Of a DNA stretch of 64,000 bases, positions 29,838 to 39,270 are shown one piece after another. Origin of the DNA: an uncultured Candidatus Rokubacteria bacterium (GTDB lineage Bacteria > Methylomirabilota > Methylomirabilia > Rokubacteriales > CSP1-6). The position numbers were made by a program, and so were the translations under genes. The stretch spans positions 128,001 through 192,000 of the forward strand of contig CAVYTA010000005.1 of the NCBI GenBank assembly GCA_963771355.1. Direction: 5' to 3'. How positions within the stretch are numbered: the stretch's first letter is position 1; each line of letters begins with the position of its first letter. The notes beneath the pieces were generated by a model. It was not told the origin of the DNA, did not search any database, and saw only the letters and a list, made by a program, of their open reading frames with translations.

Positions 29838-31088
29838 ATGAAGACGCTCGTCCTCGGCGGCGGCGTGGTCGGCGTGACGACGGCATACTTCCTGGCCAAG
29901 ACCGGGCACGAGGTGACGCTCCTCGAGGAGAAGGAGGGCGTCGGGCTCGAGGCGACCGCCGGCAACGCCGGCATCATCGCGCCCGGGCATTCGTTCGCCT
30001 GGGCCTCGCCGCGGGCGCCGCGCATGCTCTGGCAGTCGCTGCGGGGCGGCGAGACGGCCATCCGGGTGCGCTTGAATGCCGATCCGCAGCTCTATGCGTG
30101 GGGCCTCCGCTTCCTGCGCGAGTGCACCACCACGCGCGCCCGCCGCAACACGCTCATCAAGCTCCGCCTCTGCCAGTACAGCCAGCGCGTGCTCAACGAG
30201 GTGGTGCGCGCCGAGGCGATCGAGTACCAGGCCATTCACCGGGGCGCGATCTATCTCCACCGCGATCCGGTCGAGCTCGAGGCGGGGATCAAGAAGATGG
30301 CGCTGCTGGCCGAGCACGGGCAGAAGCAGGAGATCCTCGACGCCGATGGGCTCGCACGCCTGGACCCCGTCTTCGAGCCGGTGCGGACCAAGATCGCCGG
30401 CGCCATCCGCGATCTCGGTGACTCCAGCGGCGACTCGCGGCTGTTCTCGGAGGCGCTGGCCCGCATCGGTCGCGACCGGCTCGGGGTGACCCTGCGATTG
30501 GGGACACGGGTGATTTCGCTTCGCGCGGACGGCGACCGCATCGATGGCGTGGTGACCAGCGACGGCGTATTGACCGCCGACAACTACGTGCTGGCGCTCG
30601 GCGTGGGCGCGCCGATCGTCGCCCGCACCGCGGGCGTGAGCCTGCCCATCTATCCGGCCAAGGGGTACTCGTCGACCTTTCCGCTCAAGCCCGGCGGCCG
30701 GGCGCCGGCGATCTCCGGCGTCGACGAGCAGTGGCTGGTGGGCTGGTCGCGGCTCGGCGACCGGCTGCGGCTGACCTCGACCGCGGAGTTCGCCGGCTAC
30801 GACTGGGGCTGGACGCCCCGCGACTTCAACAATATTCTGCGCCTGGCGCGCGACCTCTTCCCGGAGGCCGCCGACTACGAGCGCGGGGAGTACCGCGCCT
30901 GCCTGCGGCCCATGACGCCCGACGGGCCGCCCATCCTCGGGCTGGGCCGCCACCGCAATCTGTTCCTGAATTGCGGCCACGGCCACATGGGTTGGACCAT
31001 GGCCTGCGGGACGGCCCGCATCGTCGCCGACCTCATGAACGGGCGGATGCCCGAGCTCGACCTCGAGGGGCTGACCGTCCGGCGCTGA
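29838..31088 (+). CDS. dadA: D-amino acid dehydrogenase (DadA-like)
   Basis: VLGGGVVG FAD motif, GNAG, IYPAKGYS, ACLRPMTPDG, NCGHGHMGWTMACG. Confidence 0.85.
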   Translation: MKTLVLGGGVVGVTTAYFLAKTGHEVTLLEEKEGVGLEATAGNAGIIAPGHSFAWASPRAPRMLWQSLRGGETAIRVRLNADPQLYAWGLRFLRECTTTRARRNTLIKLRLCQYSQRVLNEVVRAEAIEYQAIHRGAIYLHRDPVELEAGIKKMALLAEHGQKQEILDADGLARLDPVFEPVRTKIAGAIRDLGDSSGDSRLFSEALARIGRDRLGVTLRLGTRVISLRADGDRIDGVVTSDGVLTADNYVLALGVGAPIVARTAGVSLPIYPAKGYSSTFPLKPGGRAPAISGVDEQWLVGWSRLGDRLRLTSTAEFAGYDWGWTPRDFNNILRLARDLFPEAADYERGEYRACLRPMTPDGPPILGLGRHRNLFLNCGHGHMGWTMACGTARIVADLMNGRMPELDLEGLTVRR

Positions 31089-31097
31089 CGCCCGCCG

Positions 31098-31643
31098 TTA
31101 CTTGGGGACGTAGGTGATGCGCTGGCCGTCGATGCTCGCTTCCGCCATCGCCCCCGCCGTCGGCCTCACGAAGACGGCGATACCGTCGACGAAACGCCTG
31201 TTCGCCGCGGCGCCGGTGGTCGCGATCACGGCGGTGGCATTGGCGCCGAAGTCCATCCGGTTCTCCTTGAATCGCTCCAGGGCGGCCTTGTCCTCGAACA
31301 CGATCAGCTCACTGTAGGTCTGGCCTCCGAGCTGGAGCCCCAGGGAGCCCTGCGTGATGTCGGCATAGCCGACGTGCTGTCCCTGCTCGTACACGACCCC
31401 GCGGCCGTAGGCGCCCCCGATCCCCGCCCCGCCCTTGGTCACCTCGGGGAAGAAGGCGAAGCCGTGGCTCGTGCGGGCAAACGCTTCGATCTGCGGATCC
31501 AGCTTGTTCCACTCCTGCTGCTCGGACGCGGCGGTCCGGGAGAGCTCTTCCTTGGCCTCGGGGGTGGGCGGCGCGGTGCTGCAGCCGACCAGGAATGCGG
31601 TGGACAGCGCGACCGTTGCGAGCAGACGCGTCGATGTGATCAT
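31098..31643 (-). CDS. Lipid-binding SYLF/Ysc84-domain lipoprotein
   Basis: Lipobox LVGC; FPEVTKGGAGIGGAYGRG, GSLGLQLGGQ, GAMAEAS. Confidence 0.82.
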   Translation of the reverse strand: MITSTRLLATVALSTAFLVGCSTAPPTPEAKEELSRTAASEQQEWNKLDPQIEAFARTSHGFAFFPEVTKGGAGIGGAYGRGVVYEQGQHVGYADITQGSLGLQLGGQTYSELIVFEDKAALERFKENRMDFGANATAVIATTGAAANRRFVDGIAVFVRPTAGAMAEASIDGQRITYVPK

Positions 31644-31829
31644 GGCGTATCCTCCCCTCCGGAAAGTGTAGAGAGGAGTGGCGCGATGTCAATGCGCCCG
31701 GAAGGCCTTAGAACAATGGGTCTCGCTAAGCGCGGGGCCCGAGCCGGCGCCACGCGAGCAAGATCAGGACCCGCCGCTTCCGCTACAATCACGCTCAGGT
31801 CAGTCCGAGGCGGTGAAAGGAGACGAGGC

Positions 31830-33758
31830 ATGCTATCGATCGCGAAGCCGGTCATTCCCAGCGCACATCCCCTGGATCCCCTGAGCGCGGCGGAGGTGGA
31901 GCGCGCGGCCGAGATCGTGCGGACCGAGCGCGGGCTCGGGTCGCGCACCCGATTCATCTTCACCATGCTGCACGAGCCCGAGAAGAAGGTGGTGCTCGCG
32001 CATCGTCCGGGTGACGCGGTGGAGCGCGCGGCTTTCGTGGTGCTCGTGGACTGCGCGGCCGGGAAGACCTACGAGGCGACCGTCTCCCTGACCCAGGGTC
32101 GCGTGGTGGGCTGGGAGCATGTCCCCGGCGTCCAGCCGGCCATCGTGCTCGACGAGGTGCTGGCCTGCGAGGCGGCCGTGCGCGAGGATCCGCGCTGGCA
32201 GGAGGCCATGCGGAAGCGCGGGGTCACCGACCTCAGCCTGACCATGGTGGATCCGTGGTCGGCGGGCAACTTCGGGCTCCCGGGCGAAGAGGGCCGCCGG
32301 CTCGTCCGGACGCTGACGTGGGTGCGCCGCCACGCGGCGGACAATGGCTATGCGCGGCCCGTGGCCAATCTCCTCGCCGTCGTCGATCTGAACGAGATGA
32401 AGGTGCTCCGTGTCGAGGACGGCGGCGTCGTCCCATTGCCGCCGGAAGACGCCAACTACACGGCCGAGTCGGCCGGGGTGCGCTCGGGACTCAAGCCGAT
32501 CGAGATCCGCCAGCCCGAGGGCCCGAGCTTCGAGCTTCGCGGCCACGAGCTCGCCTGGCAGAAGTGGCGGATGCGGATCGGGTTCACGCCCCGCGAAGGC
32601 CTGGTGATCCATACCGTGACCTACGACGACGGGGGACGGGAGCGCCCGGTCCTCTATCGCGCCTCCGTGGCCGACATGGTGGTGCCTTACGGCGATCCGC
32701 GGCCGACCTATTTCCACCGCAATGCGTTCGACGTGGGGGAGTACGGGATCGGCTCGCTCGCCAATGCGCTCGAGAACGGCTGTGATTGCCTGGGCGAGAT
32801 CCGCTACCTCGACGCGGTGGTCAACGACGGCCAGGGCCACGCGCTGCCGCTGCCGAACGCCATCTGCATCCACGAGGAAGACGCGGGCATCCTCTGGAAG
32901 CACTTCGACATGCGCCTGCGGACCACCGAGGTGCGCCGCTCGCGACGGCTCGTCGTCTCGTCCATCTCCACCGTGGGGAACTACGAGTACGGCTTCTACT
33001 GGTACTTCTATCAGGACGGCACCATCCAGCTCGAGGTGAAGCTCACCGGCGTCATCTCGAACGGCGCCGAGCGGCCGGGGGACAAGCCCCTCTGGGGCGA
33101 GATGGTGGCGCCGGGAGTCTACGGACCCATCCACCAGCACTTCTTCTGCGCGCGCGTCGACATGATGGTGGACGGGCTCGAGAACTCCGTGTACGAGGTC
33201 AATACGGTCGCCGATCCCCCGGGCCCCGACAACCCGCACCACAATGCCTTCCACGCGGAGGCGACCCTGCTGCGCTCCGAGGCAACCGCCTCGCGAGTGA
33301 TCAACCCGCTCGCCGGACGCTTCTGGAAGATCGCCAATCCGTCGGTCCGAAATCGGATGGGCGAGCCGGTGGCCTACAAGCTCATGCCCGGGGACAACGT
33401 GCTGCCCTTCGCGGGACCGGAGGCCTCCATCACCAAGCGCGCGGGCTTCATGTCCCGCCATCTCTGGGTCACGCGCCACGACTCACGAGAGCGCTACGCC
33501 GCGGGGGAGTATCCGAATCAGCACGCGGGGGGCGCCGGTCTGCCCAGCTACGTGAAGGACGACGCGCCCATCGAGAACACCGACCTCGTCGTCTGGTACA
33601 CCTTCGGCTCGCATCACGTGGTCCGGCCCGAAGACTGGCCGGTGATGCCGGTGACCACGATCGGCTTCATGCTCAAGCCCAGCGGCTTCTTCGACCGGAA
33701 CCCCGCGCTGGACGTCCCGCGCCCGACGGCGCATGGCGAGTGCTGCCACCCGGGCTAG
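31830..33758 (+). CDS. Copper-containing primary amine oxidase (TPQ-dependent)
   Basis: [15 protein letters not shown] (catalytic Asp), TVGNYEY (TPQ consensus), HQH copper ligands, [12 protein letters not shown]. No signal peptide; RBS before ATG 31830. Confidence 0.95.
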   Translation: MLSIAKPVIPSAHPLDPLSAAEVERAAEIVRTERGLGSRTRFIFTMLHEPEKKVVLAHRPGDAVERAAFVVLVDCAAGKTYEATVSLTQGRVVGWEHVPGVQPAIVLDEVLACEAAVREDPRWQEAMRKRGVTDLSLTMVDPWSAGNFGLPGEEGRRLVRTLTWVRRHAADNGYARPVANLLAVVDLNEMKVLRVEDGGVVPLPPEDANYTAESAGVRSGLKPIEIRQPEGPSFELRGHELAWQKWRMRIGFTPREGLVIHTVTYDDGGRERPVLYRASVADMVVPYGDPRPTYFHRNAFDVGEYGIGSLANALENGCDCLGEIRYLDAVVNDGQGHALPLPNAICIHEEDAGILWKHFDMRLRTTEVRRSRRLVVSSISTVGNYEYGFYWYFYQDGTIQLEVKLTGVISNGAERPGDKPLWGEMVAPGVYGPIHQHFFCARVDMMVDGLENSVYEVNTVADPPGPDNPHHNAFHAEATLLRSEATASRVINPLAGRFWKIANPSVRNRMGEPVAYKLMPGDNVLPFAGPEASITKRAGFMSRHLWVTRHDSRERYAAGEYPNQHAGGAGLPSYVKDDAPIENTDLVVWYTFGSHHVVRPEDWPVMPVTTIGFMLKPSGFFDRNPALDVPRPTAHGECCHPG

Positions 33759-33945
33759 GGAGGTCTACCGGCGGGCGGCCGGGCATAGTTCACCCAGCTC
33801 GGCGGTGATCGCCGCCGCGTACCCACGCGAGATTGCCGAGCAAGCCGCCGGTCCCGGCTGCCCGCAAGGTGGGCAACCGGCGCGGGAAGAATCCTCGTGG
33901 ACATCGCGCCATCTCAAGGACAGAAGGCCAAGGAGGACTTCGCGC

Positions 33946-34696
33946 ATGGGCAAGCTCGAGGGGAAAGTCGCCATCGTCACCGGGGCATCCAAGGGGATCG
34001 GAGCCTCCATCGCCAAGCATCTGGCTGAATCCGGCGCGGCGGTGGTCGTGAACTACGCGTCCAGCAAGGAAGGCGCCGATCGTGTGGTCGGCGAGATCGA
34101 GGGCAAGGGAGGCCGGGCGGTGGCGGTCCAGGCCGATATGGCCAAGGCCGAGCGACGTCGAGCGGCTCTTCTCGGACGCGAAGACGGCATTCGGCCGGCT
34201 CGACATCGTGGTCAACAACGCCGGAGTCTACGAGTTCATGCCGCTCGAGCAGATCACCGAGACACACTTTCACCGGCAATTCGACGTCAATGTCCTGGGA
34301 CTGATCCTGGCCGCGAAGGAAGCGGTGAAGCACTTCGGCGCCGAGGGCGGGAGCATCGTCAATATCAGCTCGGTGGCCAGCACCGCCGCGCCGCCCAATG
34401 CCTCGGTGTACAGCGCGACCAAGGCCGCCGTCGACGCGGTGACGCGCTCCCTGTCCAAGGAGCTCGGCCCTCGCCGTATCCGGGTCAATGCCATCAATCC
34501 CGGCCCGGTCGAGACGGAAGGCTTCAAGACCGCGGGTCTCGAGGAAAGCGACTTCCGCAAGCAGGTCGAGGCCCAGACTCCGCTCGGCCGCATCGGCCAG
34601 CCGCAGGATATCGCGCCCGCCGCGGTATTCCTGGCCTCGGAAGATGCGGCATTCATCACCGGCGAAACCCTCCATATCTCGGGCGGCATGCGTTGA
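33946..34696 (+). CDS. SDR oxidoreductase (glucose 1-dehydrogenase/FabG-like), one frameshift near 34147
   Basis: [19 protein letters not shown] in one frame continues as SDVERLF..NNAG..YSATK..NAINPG in another; one extra base at about 34146-34147. Confidence 0.88.
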
Positions 34697-34740
34697 CGCG
34701 AGCGGCGGGGCGTGCCTGAATACGAGGCACGCCCGCCGCC

Positions 34741-35607
34741 ATGCTGCTCCTGGATCCCGCCTCCGATCTGCACACGACGCTCGCCGGCCTCGCCGAGCGG
34801 GCGCGGGCCGTCTTCGTCGCCGGGCTCCCGGGGACCGGCAAGAGCCTCCTCATCCACCAGCTCGTCCAGCTCGCGCATCGGCAGGGGCGCACGGTCTCGC
34901 TCCTGCAGTGGGACGTGGCACGGCCGGCGGTCGAGAATCACGCGACGGCCCGCGCGTACCCGGCGCATCGCGGGGTGACCCACGGCGTCGTGCGCGTGGC
35001 AGTGGGGCGATGGGCGCGCGTCGCGGTCGCGCAATGGGCCGCGCGCGCCGCGGACTCCACCGCCCTGCTCGTCGGCGAGGCGCCGCTGGTGGGCCACCGG
35101 CTGGTCGAGCTGGTGCGCCCACTGGACGACGCCGCCGAACCGGTGCTGAGCGACCCGCGCACGCGCTTCGTCGTCCCGGTGCCGTCCCCCGAGCTGCGCC
35201 ACCACCTCGAGGCCGAGCGTGCCCGCCGCGCGGCCCAGCCGCTGCATCCCCGCGAGCGCGAGGACGCGCCGCCCGAGGTGCTCCGTGACCTCTGGCGCCA
35301 GCTCGCCGGCGTCGCGGCGGTGCTCGGCCTGGCGGGCGCCCCGGTCGCCGGGGCCCCGGCGCCCTACGACCCCGCGCTGTATTCCGCGGTGTACGAGCAC
35401 GTGCTCCGCCGCCGCCACGTCGACGTCTTGCGGCTCGACGCCATCCTGCCCGCGGCGGCCATGTCTCCATATGATCTCGGTATCGCCGTGGATGACCTGC
35501 GCCCCCGCGCGGACGAGGCCGAGCTGCTGCTCGCGGGAGCGGGCCGGGACTGGGCGGACCCGGCGGCCCTCGAGCAGGCCCTGGACCGCTGGTACGTCAC
35601 GCCGTGA
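34741..35607 (+). CDS. Hypothetical P-loop protein
   Basis: Walker A GLPGTGKS near the N-terminus; otherwise unrecognised. Confidence 0.7.
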   Translation: MLLLDPASDLHTTLAGLAERARAVFVAGLPGTGKSLLIHQLVQLAHRQGRTVSLLQWDVARPAVENHATARAYPAHRGVTHGVVRVAVGRWARVAVAQWAARAADSTALLVGEAPLVGHRLVELVRPLDDAAEPVLSDPRTRFVVPVPSPELRHHLEAERARRAAQPLHPREREDAPPEVLRDLWRQLAGVAAVLGLAGAPVAGAPAPYDPALYSAVYEHVLRRRHVDVLRLDAILPAAAMSPYDLGIAVDDLRPRADEAELLLAGAGRDWADPAALEQALDRWYVTP

Positions 35608-35679
35608 CCCTCGTCCGGCCTCGGGAGCGTATTCTGTAGCGGCGGCACAGGCGATCACGCGACACGGGGAGGAGAGGCC

Positions 35680-37323
35680 ATGGCAGAGACGATCGCGGTC
35701 CTGAACCCGATGGGCTTCGCGCCGAGAGTGACACGCCGGGCGCTGGCTCCGCGCCTGCCCACGCTCGAGGGCAAGACGGTGTACCTGGTCGACTGCCGCT
35801 TCGACGACTCGGACGTATTCCTCGAGCAGATGCGGGCGTGGTTCGCCGAGCATCTGCCCGGCGTCACCCCGGTGGTGAAGCGGATCTCGAGCGTGTATCT
35901 CAACGACGACCCCGCCACCTGGGAAGAGATCCGGTCCCGAGGGCACGCCGCCATCGTGGGGGTCGGCCACTGAAGCACCTGCGCGCCGGCGGTCGCCGCG
36001 CACGCGATGACGCTCGAGGCGAGGTATGGAGTGCCCACGGTCGCGCTCCACACCGACAAGTTCGACCGGGTGGTCCGGTCGGTGGCGACGGTGAACGGCA
36101 TGCCCGGGCTCCGGCAGGTCTTCGTCCCGCAACCGATCATGGGCAAGACGGCCCGCGAGCTGCGCGGGTACGTCGACGGGAAAGATCAGATCACCGGGCG
36201 GCCCGTGATGCAGGAGGTGGTGGAGGGGCTCACACGGCCGTTCGAGGAGGGTGAAGAAGGTCCTTCCGAGTTCGACCGGACCAGCGCCCGCCTCATCGGC
36301 CCCGACACCGCCGAGCGCCTCGAGCGGCTGTTCCTGGACAGCCACTGGACCGACGGGCTCCCCATCGTGCTCCCCACCGAGGAGCGCGTGGCCGCCATGC
36401 TGGCCGGCACGCGACGCAAGGCCGACGAGGTGGTCGGGCGCATGCGCTCCACGCACTTCCGCGAGTACTGGGAGTACTCCGTCGAGAAGGTGGCCGTGAA
36501 CGCCGTGATGGCGGGGGCGCGGCCCGAGTACTTTCCCGTGATCCTGGCTCTCGCCGCCACCGGGGTGACGGCGCGGAGCAGCAGCTCGAGCGCCATGGCC
36601 TCCATGGCCGTCGTCAATGGCCCCATCCGGCACGAGATCGCGATGAACGCGGGCACCGGCGCGATGGGACCTTACAGCCACGCCAACGCCACCATCGGCC
36701 GGGCCTACGGCCTCCTCTCGCAGAATGGGCAGGGCGGCTCCGTGCCCGGGCTCAGCTACATGGGGAATCAGGGCAACAGCTACGCGTACAACAGCGTGAC
36801 CTTCGCCGAGAACGAGGAGCGTAGCCCCTGGGAGCCCTTCCATGTGCAGCAGGGATTCCCCGGCTCGGAGAGCGCGGTGAGCGTCTTCTCGGGCTGCCGG
36901 TCCACCGCGTTCGCGCTCGGGCTCCGCGAGACGCACTGGCGCGAGCACGTGCGCAACCTCCTGCGGGGCATGGACCCGAGCATCCCGCCCACCCTCTTGC
37001 TGGACCCCATCGCCGCGCGGCAGTTCGTGGATCGGGGCGGCTTCGTGAAGAAGGCCGATCTCATCGACTGGCTGTACGACACCGCCTGGATGCCGGCGCG
37101 CGAGTACTGGGACTATCAGCTCGTCCAGAACTACATCTTCCCCCGCGCCACCTTCGGGGAGGAGCCGTGGGCATCCAAGCTTCGCGCCGCGCCCGACGCG
37201 CTCATCCCCATGTTCCGCCGAGAAGACATTCACGCGGTGGTGGTGGGCGGCGAGACGAACGGCTACTGGCGCATCATGGGCTGCACCTATCAGAAGAGCG
37301 TGTCGGTGGACGCGTGGCGGTAG
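35680..37323 (+). CDS. Probable selenoprotein (547 aa): UGSC-like thioredoxin-fold domain with U-S-T-C motif fused to a large uncharacterised domain
   Basis: ORFs 35680-35973 and 36007-37323 are in the same frame, separated only by TGA at 35971-35973. Read-through gives AIVGVGH-U-STCAPAVAAHAMTLEARYGVPTV. RBS (GGAGGAGAGG) is present only at 35680; SECIS-like hairpin follows the UGA. Confidence 0.85.
35980..36002 (+). promoter_or_regulatory. Bacterial SECIS-like hairpin
   Basis: TGCG-(CGC bulge)-CGGC-GGTC-GCCG-CGCA; apical loop GGUC begins 17 nt after the UGA, similar in loop sequence and spacing to the E. coli fdhF SECIS. Confidence 0.7.
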
Positions 37324-37342
37324 CCGGGCCGCGCCCGCGCCG

Positions 37343-38293
37343 CTAGGTGTGAACTGCCATGAGATTGTTCGGGGCCGCCAGGAAGCGGATGGGCGGACGA
37401 CCGTGAAGCGCGCTATGGCCGCGCTCCCAATTGTAGTAGTAGAGCCACGCGGGCAGCGCGTCGGTGCGAGCGCGAGAACTGGGATACGCGCGGCGATACG
37501 CCCACTCGCGCAGCAGGGTTTGGATGAAGCGTTCGGCTTTGCCGTTGGTGCGCGGGGTGTAGGGGCGCGTGCGGCAGATGCCGCAGGCCGGTGCTCCGAC
37601 ACAGGCGGGCGAACCGCTCGGCGACGGTACCCGGAGCCGTTGTCACTCAGCACCCGACGCACGCGGATGCCGTGCCGCCGGAACCAGGCCAGCGCGCGCC
37701 ACAGAAACCGGGTAGTGGTGGCGCCGCCCTCGTCGCCCAGCACCTCCACGTAGGCCAGCCGGGAGGCATCGTCAATGGCGACGTGCACGAACTCCCAGCC
37801 GATGCCGCGCACCCGGCTCCGCGCGATCCCGGTGATGCGGTGGCCCACCCGCCCGATCCGCCCGAGCTTCTTGACGTCGAGATGCACCAAGTCCCCCGGG
37901 CCGCGCCCACTGATAGCGCTGGACGGGGACCGGCGGCTCGAGCGCGGGCAACCGCGCCAGGCCCTGGCGCCGCACGATCCGCGCGACCGTCGAGGCACTG
38001 AGCTGCAGGGCCTGGGCAATCTGCGCCCCGGTCCAGCGTTGCCGGCGCAGGTGCGCCACCCAGCTCGTCAGCAGCGGCGGGGTCACGATCGGACTCCGCC
38101 GCGGGCGACACGAGCGATCGGCCAACCCCGCGGTCGCCTCCCGCGCATACCGCGCCACCCACTTGCGCACCGTCCGTTCACTCACGCCCACCGCGGCGGC
38201 TACGGCCGCGGGCCGTTCGCGCTGGGTCAGCACGCGCGCCACGATCTGGCCTCGACTCCGGGGCGTCGTCCGGGCATTCTTATGGATGTTCAT
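37343..38293 (-). CDS. IS481-family DDE transposase, at least 3 frameshifts
   Basis: MNIHKNARTT start at 38293; HTH (GVSERTVRKW), PGDLVHLDVKKLGRI, HVAIDDASR, VLSDNG, PRTNGKAERFIQTLLREWAY, ending PNNLMAVHT* with the TAG inside the target duplication. Confidence 0.88.
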
Positions 38294-38381
38294 CCGGGCC
38301 TCCTCCTCTGCGGGGATGGTCGACTCGCAACCACCAGCTTCGCAGGGGAGACCCGGATGGACAATCTCCTGACAGTTCACA
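37348..38381 (-). mobile_element. IS481-family insertion sequence (1034 bp)
   Basis: Terminal inverted repeats TGTGAACTGCCATGAGATTGTTC / TGTGAACTGTCAGGAGATTGTCC (20/23 identical, TGT...ACA ends); 6-bp direct repeat GCTAGG at 37342-37347 and 38382-38387. Confidence 0.95.
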
Positions 38382-38382
38382 G

Positions 38383-39096
38383 CTAGGCGCCGGCGAAGGC
38401 GATGCGGGCGAACCGGGTCTCGGCGGTGGATCGGGTGTCGTTCGTGTCAATGGACAGGGCGATGGCCTGAGGATCGTCCGGTGCCTCGCCGAACACCCGG
38501 CGATGATCATCGACGACGTTGCGCCGCTCCCGGAGCCACTGACCGAGGCCATCCTCGCCCCGCCGCACGACGATGAAGGTCACCGTGGACGTCTTGCGGC
38601 TCTTCACGATGGTCCCGATCGGCAGGCTCGCGTCCCACACGTAGCCGATGAGACGAGAGCGCAGCAGGGCAGGGAAGCGCGGCCAGATCACGAAGAGATG
38701 GCCGGTGGTATCGGAAGTGGCGCGCTCCTGCAGGTCGGCGCCTCGGGGTAGGGCCAGCACCTTCCACTCCCACTCGAGCAGTGGAGTGGCCGCGAGCGCG
38801 ACGTGCACTTCCTTGGCGATGGTCGAATGGTCGGCGGCGCTCTTCAGATCGAGGGCGCGCCGGCCGCCATCCTCCACCACGGTGAAGTCATACGCCGGCT
38901 GACCACCCGGCGTCTCGTACTTCTGCCAGCCCGGGGGCACCCCGCGGGAGCCCAGCGGTACGTCGCGCCAGTCTTCGACCACCTGCCCGGACTTCACCGG
39001 CGCGGGAGCGCTCCACGCGGGCGCCCGCCTTCCGCTCAGCAGCCCGGCCACGGCGGTGAGGACAAGGGCCCGTCGAGTCAGCCTGGTGTCCCTCAT
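38383..39096 (-). CDS. DUF3047-domain exported protein
   Basis: Start MRDTRLTRRALV (Tat-like) at 39096; LEWEWKV, IGYVWD, WLRERRNVVDD, SIDTNDT motifs. Confidence 0.8.
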   Translation of the reverse strand: MRDTRLTRRALVLTAVAGLLSGRRAPAWSAPAPVKSGQVVEDWRDVPLGSRGVPPGWQKYETPGGQPAYDFTVVEDGGRRALDLKSAADHSTIAKEVHVALAATPLLEWEWKVLALPRGADLQERATSDTTGHLFVIWPRFPALLRSRLIGYVWDASLPIGTIVKSRKTSTVTFIVVRRGEDGLGQWLRERRNVVDDHRRVFGEAPDDPQAIALSIDTNDTRSTAETRFARIAFAGA

Positions 39097-39270
39097 GGGT
39101 CCAGAGTACCAAGCGGCCGCGGTCAGGGAATCTGGGCGCCGAGCAGGAGATCGCGCTCGAGCCAGTCGAGACCCTCGCTCATGGGCCATGATTTTATCGC
39201 ACCTTGACCTCGTCGGAGCGGGTGGTACGCTGAAAACGACGGTGGTTACCACCGTTCCACGGGCTGCGCG

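Noticed and set aside
33845..33882. GC-rich hairpin between the amine oxidase and SDR genes as a possible ncRNA or riboswitch
   Set aside because: No recognisable family motif; such hairpins are expected by chance at this GC content.
35971..35973. Alternative readings of the in-frame stop (nonsense pseudogene, pyrrolysine, genome-wide UGA reassignment)
   Set aside because: The codon is UGA not UAG, many other genes here end normally at TGA, and the UxxC context plus hairpin favour Sec. A nonsense mutation is not fully excluded.
34270..38019. 1249-aa minus-strand ORF beginning with transposase sequence
   Set aside because: Only the first part is IS481 transposase; a frameshift carries it past the real stop into the antisense of the selenoprotein, P-loop and SDR genes. 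Not a real fusion.
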